From contig NC_045696.1 in NCBI RefSeq assembly GCF_009834535.1, positions 108,688,001 through 108,752,000 on the forward strand: a stretch of 64,000 nt of DNA, read 5' to 3'. Positions 51,015 to 60,335 of the stretch are shown here, one piece after another. The notes under the pieces were generated by a model. The model ran no database searches. It saw nothing but the letters and a program-made list of their open reading frames with translations, and was not told the origin of the DNA. Within the stretch, counting starts at the first letter, position 1. Every line of letters begins with the position of its first letter. The DNA comes from Camelus ferus. Its lineage: Eukaryota. A program made the translations under genes and the position numbers.

Positions 51015-51120
51015 ACAAATACATGTATATATATGCATGACTGGGACATTATCCTGTACACCAGAAACTGACACATTGTAACTGACTATACTTCAATTAA
51101 AAAAAAAAAAAAAAAAAAGA
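51015..51120 (+). mobile_element. Very short young L1 3' end with poly-A
   Basis: atgcatgactgggacattatcctgtacaccagaaactgacacattgtaactgactatacttcaatt followed by about 20 A. Confidence 0.85.
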
Positions 51121-51289
51121 TCACAGATCTGAATGTAAAACACAAAACTATAAAACTTTGAGAAGATAACATTCGGAGAAAATCTTTGTGACCTGGGGTT
51201 GAGCAAAGAATTACTGGACATGACACCAAAAGTAGGACCCTTATCCTGGAACTATTGAAAAAATAATTGGTTGGATAAATTGGAAAATA

Positions 51290-51812
51290 TGGATAGAGTC
51301 TCCAGACAACGGAGTATTATTCAGCTCTCAAAAGAACTGAGCTGTCAAGCTATGAAAAGGACATGGAGAAACCTTAAATGTAAATTACTAAGGGAAAGAA
51401 GCCAATTTGAAAAGGCTGCATACTGCATGATTGGTACTTTATGACACTCTGGAAAAGGTGAAATTATGGAGACAGTAAAATGATCAGTGGTTGCCAGGGG
51501 ATGGATGTGCAGAAGGATGAAAAGGCAGAGAACAGATGATTCTGAGGGCAGTGAAAACACTTTGTTTGATACTGTAATGATGGACATGTCATTATATGTT
51601 TGTCCAAATTCACAGATGTACAACACCAAGAGTGAACATTATTGTAAACTATAGATTGTGAGTGATTATGATGCTACAGATTCATCTACTGCAACAAATG
51701 TGCCGCTCTGGTAATGTATTGGGGTAGGGGGGATATGAGAAATCTCTGAACCTTCCTCTTGATTTTGCTGTGAACCTAGAATTGCTCCAAAAAAAAAAAT
51801 AAAATCTTGAAT
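51290..51812 (+). mobile_element. L1MC-type 3' end
   Basis: tcaagctatgaaaaggacatggagaaaccttaaatg...aaaggctgcatactgcatgatt...tacaacaccaagagtgaac...attttgctgtgaacctagaattgctccaaaaa. Confidence 0.85.
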
Positions 51813-52004
51813 AAAACAAATTTTAATGGATAAGTTGGATTTCATCAAAATTAAAAATGTTTGCTTTGTAAAAGACATTGTTAAGAGAAAGAAGAGACAA
51901 GTTACAAACTAGAAAATATTTTCAAACCACACATTCAACAAAAGGACTTGTATCCAAAATATACAAAGAAATCTCCCAATTCAATAGTAAGAAAACAACC
52001 AACC

Positions 52005-52490
52005 TGAAACAACCTAAATGTCTGTAGACAGATGACTGGATAAAGAAGTTGTGGTATATTTATACAATGGAATACCACTGAGCCATAAAAAGGAATAAAA
52101 TAACGCCATTTGCAGCAACATGGATGAACCTGGAGAATGTCATTCTAAATGAAGTAAGCCAGAAAGAGAAAGAAAAATACTGTACAATATCACTTACATA
52201 AGCAGAATCCAGAAAGAAGACACAAATGAACTTACTTACAAAACAGAAAGACTCACGGACATAGAAAACAAACTTATGGTTACCAGGGGGTAAAGGGAAT
52301 GGGAAGGGATAAATTAGGAGTTCGAGATTTGCAGATACTAACTACTATATATAAAATAGATAAACACCAAGTTTATATTGTAGAGCACAGGGAACTATGT
52401 TCAGTATCTTACACTAACCTATAATGAAAAAGAATATGAAAAGGAACATATGTATGTATATGTAAAAACAAAAATAAAATGGAAAAAAAA
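52005..52490 (+). mobile_element. Young camelid-type L1 3' segment lacking its terminal ~90 bp
   Basis: acagatgactggataaagaagttgtgg...gggataaattaggagttcgagatttgcagatac...aatgaaaaagaatatgaaaaggaacatatgtatgtatatgt, then an A-rich tail. Confidence 0.85.
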
Positions 52491-55400
52491 GGAAACAAAC
52501 AGCCTAATTAAAATGTAGGCGAAAATGTTGAATACACACTTCACCAAACAGTATAAACAGATGGCAAATAAGCACATAAAAGATATTCAACATCATTATT
52601 CACTAAAGAAATGCAAATTAAAACCACCATGAGATACGACACACTAATTCAAATGACTAAAGTAAAAAATGCTGACAATACCAAGAGCTACAAGGGTGCA
52701 GGGCAACTGCTGGTGGTAACACAAAATGGTACAGCCACTCAGCCCAGCAGATAAACACACTATTTCCATGTGACCTAGCAATCCCTCCCCTGGGGATTAA
52801 CCCTAGAGAAATGAGCATGTCTGTCTACCCAAAAACCTGTACCTGAACGTTTACAACTATATTGATAATCACCAAAAACTGGAAACAATCCAGATGTGCT
52901 GCAGCAGGTGAATAGGTAAGTCAAATATGGTGCCTCCATCTCCTGGAATTCTGCTCAGCAAGAAAAAGGAGCAAACAATTGACACGAACAGCAATTTGGA
53001 TGACTGTCACAGGTAGCAGGCTGAGGGAAAGAAGCCAGTCTCAAAAAGTTGACATGAGGGAGGACAGGTCATTGATCGCCAGGGGTTGGGGATGGGAGGG
53101 GGCAGTGGGAAAGCAGAAGGCATCTCTTCTGTATCTGGATTTTTATGGTGGCTACACAAAATCTATACATAGGTTCAAATTTGTCAAACTGTCTGCCAAA
53201 ATAAGTTGAATTTTCTGTATGACAACTTTTTAAATAAAATTTAAAGTTACCAAAAATAAAAAAAGAATTCTAGAAAAGTTTAATTTTGCCATGACAAACC
53301 GGAAAAACTCATTTCCATTTATGACAAGATGGGTGGCTTCCACTGTCTTTCAGAGACTGTGAAATACTTTACGTATTCGCGACCCAGATCATGTTAACAA
53401 AACCTTAATATTTCCTGGGACTCTGTAAATTTACCACATTCTTTCCACAGTTCTCATATGCCTCAAGAGAACCACCACCAGAGATAGAGAGAAAATTATC
53501 CTCTGGCTAATTTAATAATAAAAATGTTGATAATAGCAACATCCCATTTTGAACCCTTGCAAAGTGCCAAGATCTTGGCTGAACCCAGAGAATCTAAACC
53601 TGGGCAGATTCTCACGGAGTCTTCCCAGCAACCCAGAGCCCAGTGTTGTAAAACCATTTAACACAGAGCAACACTGGTCCCAGAGAGGTCATTCTGCTAA
53701 GAAGCACAGAGCCCAGGCGGAACAATCCAAGCTTTCCTGCCACCAGCTCTGGACAACTACCCATGCCTGGCTGTTTTCTCAACAGCTCTGTGGCCTGGCT
53801 AGTTGCATAATACACAGACCCAAGCCATTGTTTTCTAGAGGAGTCCTTGGTCAGGGTTAAGACTGGGTGCACTGGGCTCCTAGAGAAGCACATTGTGTGC
53901 TAGACACAATCCACTGCGGACGGAGTCCGGAGAAGTGCATTTTGATCCCTCATCCCAGAATCCGAGGATTTTCTCAATAGATTCCAGCTTGGTCTCTCTT
54001 CTCACATGGAGCCATCACCTTAAGCAGCCACCAGTGGAGAAGGATGAGCTAGTTACCAGCCTTTCTCTCCAGGTTCTATTTCCTTCTCCTTTCTTCCTCC
54101 CTGACTAGTCAGTACCAGTGTGTGTGAGCCTTCCACATCATGCTGTTTCATTTCTTCATCTACATTCACAAGAAAATCTGAAAATTACCTCATTTTTTCA
54201 ATGCACAGGGCACTGACATCAAAACCTTTGCATGTCTGCATCTTGGGTTCGTTCCCCATATCCCTGGAGAAACTGCATCTCTAGACAGGCCAAGTTGCCA
54301 GGTAACCCTCCCTCCCCATGACCGACAGCTCTCCAAAGCCGGTCCTCCCAGGCACCTCCAGGCCTTCACTGAGCCTGGCCGCTCCATTCTAAGCTCCGGC
54401 AGGTAGATGCCCCTGGCCTTGCTGCTGTGGGTATCTAGAAGCTTCCCTGAGGCTGCCGTGGGTTCAAAGGGCTCAGGGTCCTGTCCTAACACTGCCTGAT
54501 CTTCCCCCAGCCAGCCACCCACCAGGCAACCAGCACCTCAGCACAGGGCATCGGGGCTGCTTTTAGCAAACTTAATGACACTGGGTCAGGAAAAGAAATC
54601 CCTCAGAGAACCAAGAATAGGACTGGGTGAGAAAAAAGCCTTGACGGAAAGCCTTGATTTGTCAGAAGACATTTTCCAAGCTGGGGCTTCCTGGTGACTC
54701 AGCGGCTCCAACATGCGGAAGCTCCCCACTCAGCCCACCCTGGCTGGGAAGAGAAGCCGGTGATGGCCCACTCTCCATCAGTCAGGACCAAAACTACGAA
54801 TAAAGGATACACTTAAATGTTCCCAAAGTAGACAGTATTGTTTACTGGGCTAGAGGGACAGAGATAAGGAGGGCTAGGGTGGGTGAGTGCCGGCCACGGG
54901 AGTTTACAAGAAGCTCTGTCAGGTCTTGTTCCCTCCCCATTTATGAGGGGAGGTTAAGGCAAAACCCCTCTCCGCCATCCTGAAGAGGAAGCCTTGCTGC
55001 TTATTTTGTCAAAACGTCCCTCCCCAGCCCCTTCCGGGGCCCCGTCCTTCCCTCTCCGGCGGATCTGCATGGAGCTGGCCTCTCGGCTGCACCCCTCTTC
55101 CAGGCTCACCCTCATTCTCTAGCTCTAATTAGCAACCGCTTTTTAAATTTCTGTCTGCATGTTCGAAGACAGAGAGGCGATGGGGGAGGCTGAAAGGGAG
55201 AAAGCAAAGGTCTGTGTGAAAGGAGAGAGCAGCTGGCCTCTCCCTCGCCCCCTCTGTGTACCCGGGCCCCCATGTTGGCAAACAGCACACAATGTCTGTC
55301 TACAAGGCCCTTTGTGGCCCAGAGGCAAGGGCCAGCACACAGCTTACCGCTACGGGCAGGAATGGAGACGTGGGGGGTGTGCGGGCAGTAGGGGGGACCA

Positions 55401-56134
55401 GAAAGGCCTGGCCACTGGGGGAGCCAGGGTGAGGAGAGGACCCAGGGGGATCAGGATGTCCAGCCGTCTCTGCCTCTTCCTCCTGAGTCAGGAAGACAGG
55501 GGGGCATGGACATCCCATGGGCTTGTGTGCTATCAGCTCTCTGCGTAGCAAACCCATGGCCCCCAAGGCTGTAGAAAGGCCTCAGAGGGGAGGGGGCCTG
55601 CTGCTCGCATTGGGACTGTTCACATTTAGGCTCTACCTGTGGGCAAGCAGGGGGCAGGAAGCGCACCTTGATGGGGTTCAGAGCAAAAGGGAGAGAGGAG
55701 GGCAATCCCCAAAGATGAAACACTCTCCCAAATAACTGTGTTTTCATTAGAGGAAATTCTGAGGTCAGTGGGTGGAGTAGGTGGGCAGAAACATTCACCC
55801 AAGGGGAAGGGCACTGTCAGCCTGAAAGACTGAATCCAGCACCTGGACTGGGTATGTTATTCAACAGTGAACAGCTTTGGTCACTGGTTCTGAACTAGTA
55901 GCCGGACCGAAAGACTTAAAAGATGTTAGGGGGAAAGGAGGCTTGAATGAGTTCTTATAAGCCAAGAATAATCAAAAATAGGGTTCAAGAAACTGAAAGA
56001 AACAGAGTCTGTTCCAGAAAAATAAAGAAATGAACACGGAAAAGCAGGGCATTCGACAGACTTTTTTTAAAAAGCTATCGTTCTTTTAAATAAAGGATCT
56101 TATTTTCAACATGTGGGATTATATATTAATAATT

Positions 56135-56322
56135 TTTTAATCTTTTCTTCTCTCACTGTTTTAAAAAAAATTTCTCCTTATTTGTGGGCTTTTTCTTTTG
56201 AGGGGGGTAATTAGGTTTATTTATTTGTTTATTTTTTTTTTTAACAGATGTGCTGGGAATTGAGCCCAGGACCTCATAATTGGTAAGCATGCACTCTACC
56301 ACTGAGCTATACCCTAATCCCG
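56135..56322 (-). mobile_element. Camelid tRNA-Ala-derived SINE (Vic-1-like) with extended 3' tail
   Basis: Minus strand reads agggtatagctcagtggtagagtgcatgcttacc...gaggtcctgggctcaattcccagcac...aaacctaattacccccc. TSD tatattaataatt at 56122-56134 and 56323-56335. Confidence 0.88.
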
Positions 56323-57614
56323 TATATTAATAATTCTGATGACAAAAATCATTCTTGTAATATTTGCAATTGATTTCAGTGAGAAACACTGATTTCCTAC
56401 ATTTTACTATATGCAAAAATTCATTTTTCCTTGCAATTTGCATCTAAATAGTTTCCTAGGGAAAAAAATAAAAACAATGAATGAAAATAGCCCTCCATTC
56501 ATGAAAATTCTACCAATGGGATGTGCTTTCTGTCTCGTTTCGAATCAAGTCCAGAGAGAAGACAGACAAGAGAACAGAATAAACGGAGGAAAAGAAAAGA
56601 AAACAGGAGAACAAATTTGGCCGAAGATGCAGAGGGGAAGCCAAACAGAACCAGCAAGAAGGAGAAGCCCAAGTCACAAGGGCCGCCAGATTCGGATCAA
56701 CGTAGGCATGTGTGTGACAGACCCAGATACAAACCCTCCAATCGCTCAATTCCCGGAACAGGCCCAGTTTTGCCAAGTTCATGATTTGGCAGAGTTCTTG
56801 AGTATTCCATGCAATTTCAACGAGAAGCTCTATCCGTCTTGTGCAAAGAGCAGATTGTCATTTTCCACTTGAAACACACACGTTGCACTGACCTTATGTC
56901 CTCTGTCAAACTGACACATTATCACCAACTTTCAGGGAAGGGGTTTCATGACGTATGGGCTTGCAACCATCCTGTTGATTTTCTCCTGTGTGTGCATGTG
57001 TGTGCACAACGTGTCACTCTATTGGACAACAGACAGACAACACCTCTGCTATCACTGGTTACTTCCTCCATCTGGTTCTGCCATCGTCACCTCTTCCAGC
57101 GCACGTTTTGTGATCGGACTCGCATTCCGTTCCTGCCTGGCCTTTTCAGAGTTTACGCTACCCAACGCTGCTGAGATGTCTTCTTACACATCCTAATGCA
57201 AAGCCTTCCTTCCTCCTCAGCTCACATCCTGCTCCCACCAATTTTGTTTTCAATGTGTTTCATTTAGTTCTTATTTAATGGATGGCACAGGGTGGGTGTT
57301 TGGGAGGCAAAGACATATTGAGTGGCTCTGCCCATGGGGAGCTCGGGGAGGAGATGACTGAGAGCTGGGCTGACCATGGAGGTGGAGGGGTGTGTCTTTG
57401 ATTCATTTTTGCCGTAAGCATGGTCACACCATGAACCTTCTGGTTGACCCCTAGCCAATGGAAATACAGTTCAAACTCTGATGGCTTTTCTTTGAGTACC
57501 TTAGCGAAGGCTTGTATGTCAGACCACATGGGACACAGAAGCCCCAGCTCCCATCACAAATCACAATCTGCCCATAATAGGATCTCGCTCTACTCCAACT
57601 GGGGGAGGGATACA

Positions 57615-57830
57615 GAACAGCGGTTGTCAGTCAAGTCTCAGAGTCCTACATTGTATGACTTTGGCAAAGTTACTTAGCTTCTCTGTGCCTCGGTGTCTTC
57701 AACTGAAAAACAAGGATGATAGCCATATGTACCTCATAGGGCTATTGTGAGGATTTCAAGGATAACGCAGGAAAAAAATCTGGCAGATGGTACAGAGTGA
57801 GCACTCTATAAATGATAACCACGTTGTATT
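57615..57830 (+). mobile_element. MIR SINE
   Basis: tgtatgactttggcaaagttacttagcttctctgtgcctcggt...acctcatagggctattgtgaggatt...gtgagcactctataaatg. Confidence 0.85.
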
Positions 57831-58729
57831 AGTGCTTCAACGCAAGCCAGAAGCCAAACCAAAAAAGTTTCCTCAGTACCCAAACAATAACCATCCCCAC
57901 TCTCTGACAATGAAATGCAGGACTGCCCTGAAGAGTGTATAAGCTGCTTTCTCAGTCCAGGTAAACAGAGCAAGTCAGCAGTCTCTTAAGCATCATTTGC
58001 ATATTATCTCTATTGCTTTTTGCCATATCTACCTGCCAGGTTTTTAATTTATTATTTATTGGTTTTCTTGAAGCTGACTCACTTTTTAACCTGAATATAT
58101 TTACTTTAACAGAAGGTAGTGAGGAAGGAAGGGAGAGAGGAAAGAAGGAAGAAAGGGGAGAACGGAGGAGAGGAGGGGGACAGGGAAGAGGGGAGAGGAA
58201 GGCTGAGGCCAGTAAGAGAGGTAGGAAGTCTCCCCAGGGAGAACGAACTGCTGCAGAGTTGAAGACAAAAACCAAACAGTGATGGAGGCGGTGGCGGCAG
58301 CCCCGGCTAAGACAAGGCTCATTGGCAGAAGCCGGCCATGGCATCAGCAGGGCTCGGGGAAGGTGTGCGCTCCCCTGGGGCATGGATACGTGGTCCAGGA
58401 TGGGGCCAAGACAGATTCAGAGTTGCCGGGGAAGGAGTGGCAGATCTGGTGAGGAAGGGATGCTGCAGAAGAAGTGAAGAGGAGGCTGGAGGAGGTGAGA
58501 ACTGAAGGCTGGTGATGGAGGAAGGGGCAGCTAAGTAGGAGCCACCAAAATGAGCTGAGCCTCGAGGCTCCAGAGGCAAACTGGGAGAGTTAAAGGAAGA
58601 AATGTGGGTGGAGGGACTGGGCCAAAGGGTGAGAGCTGAGAGATGTCTTACATAGGAATGCTTGTATCTCAACTCCCAAAGAGGGCAATTTATGGAACTT
58701 TGCCATGTTCAATGCCCCTCATAGCAAGA

Positions 58730-59285
58730 CAAAGGCAAACAGAAACCAGTGGGGTGCCAGCTTTCATCTATCAGACTGGCAAAGATAAAAACGATTGATA
58801 TCCTATTATCTGGCAAAAGTACACGCAACGGGAACGCTCATATATTGTTGGTGGGAGCAAAAACTGGTAGCAAATGCCTTTTTTTTGGAGGACTGCTTGG
58901 GAATATCTATCAAAATTAAAAACTGATATACTCTGATTCAGCAATTTTACTTCTAAGGATTTGCTGCATTCTTAGCTCTTAGGAAAGTGCTTGACACACA
59001 GAAAATCCTCAATAAATATTCATTGAATAAATTAATTAATGGATTCATCTCACAGATATGCTCACATCTAAGTGCAAAGTTGAAGGCACAAGGATGTTTG
59101 TTGAAATGTTGGTTAGAAACAACAAAAAACAGAAAGCAACCTACATGTAAATAAATGTGCCAATTAAACAAAGGCACATCTATCCAATGGAATACTACTA
59201 CACAATCATCGGAAAGAAAGGGCAGATTTCTATGTGATACAACCAAACTACTGCTAATCTTCATTGTTAAGTAAGAAAGGGAGTG
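58730..59285 (+). mobile_element. Old L1ME 3' region (short L2-like tail at about 58975-59045)
   Basis: tcatctatcagactggcaaagataaaa...ctcatatattgttggtgggag...tctgattcagcaattttacttcta...caaggatgtttgttg...atggaatactac. Confidence 0.7.
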
Positions 59286-59589
59286 GGGGGTGGGGACTAG
59301 GTGAAAACCCTGAGCAGGATGTCCTGTGCAGGTGGGGACAGGATGCCTCTGTGGTCTGGGTACAGATGCATGGACCCTCTTGGACAGAGAACATCAGAAA
59401 GTAAAACAAGGAGGGACCCTGATGAGGACACAAGTCAGAGGAAAGCTTACTTTTCAGATGTCCTACCTGTTCAAAACATTTAAAAAACAGTAACAACAGG
59501 CAAAAGACAACTTAGGAGAAGGGAGTTTGCATAAAAGCTTCACCCCAGGGATGGGAGCAGTGGGCCCCTGACTCATTCCAATCCTGGGA

Positions 59590-59670
59590 CTCAGAGATGA
59601 ACCAGGCTGCCTCAGGAAATCTGAGTGTCCCATCATTAGAGGTGTCCAAGAGTAGGCTGGGGGACCATGG
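59590..59670 (+). mobile_element. L3/CR1 3' fragment
   Basis: ggctgcctcaggaaatctgagtgtcccatcattagaggtgtccaagagtaggctgggggacca. Confidence 0.6.
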
Positions 59671-60286
59671 CGGGAAAGCAAAGGAAGTGTCATCGGGTGG
59701 GCTGGACTCACTGGAGAGGTCTTACCCACCTGGGAGGGACCACCCTCCACAGGTCACTCACGGCCCCGCTGCCCTCTGGACACTGAAGCGCTTTCTAAGA
59801 GCTAAGAATCGAGAAGATTCTCAGAAGTAAATCTGCTCCATCTGAGTGGATGAGTATAAAGGTGCCCAATAAAAACCTAAAGAATGAGCATAGAGTCACT
59901 CCATCCATAGGAACTCATGAGTGGAATCCAACCTGACTGAGGAACAGGAGGCCAGAAGTCATGCAAGGAGAGACTGGACCAGGGCCCCGATGGTCATACC
60001 CCAAGACCCAGTGACCACACCACTCTGCGTCCCAGAGGGCTGGTGGGTTATTCCAGACAGAGGCCAGGGACCAGCCAGAAATCAGAGTGCCTGCTTCCTG
60101 GTCCAGCCCTTCTCCTGAACTGGGCCCCACCCACAATGAAAACCCTTATGAGGACTGAATCTGGCCCTCCCTGGCCCTGATTGCTGTCCGGTGATTCCAA
60201 GAAGTCTCTTGAGGCTCCCCACACTGCCTGCTCACCCTCACCAACCTCTCCAGGGCCTGATGTGGCTAACCTCTCTGGCCACAAGG

Positions 60287-60335
60287 ACATGCACGCGCGT
60301 GTGCACGTGCACACACACACACACACACACACACA
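60287..60335. repeat. Alternating purine-pyrimidine tract ending in (CA)n
   Basis: acatgcacgcgcgtgtgcacgtgcacacac..., 49 bp of unbroken RY alternation. Confidence 0.95.

Larger units (their letters stand above)
50920..53265 (+). mobile_element. Old L1M (ORF2 end plus 3' UTR) hosting three nested L1 insertions
   Basis: Host sequence (aaactataaaactttgagaagataac, ttggatttcatcaaaattaaaaatg, aaatgcaaattaaaaccaccatgagatac) is interrupted at about 51015, 51290 and 52005. Confidence 0.8.

Noticed and set aside
53082..53109. G-quadruplex motif ggggttggggatgggagggggcagtggg
   Set aside because: It is the G-rich tract normally found in L1 3' UTRs, so it is not locus-specific.
25239..56322. Three tRNA-Ala(AGC)-like sequences (25.3, 39.5 and 56.3 kb) as tRNA genes
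   Set aside because: All carry SINE tails, two have clear TSDs, and each has disruptive changes in the B box, anticodon arm or stems. They are SINE copies.
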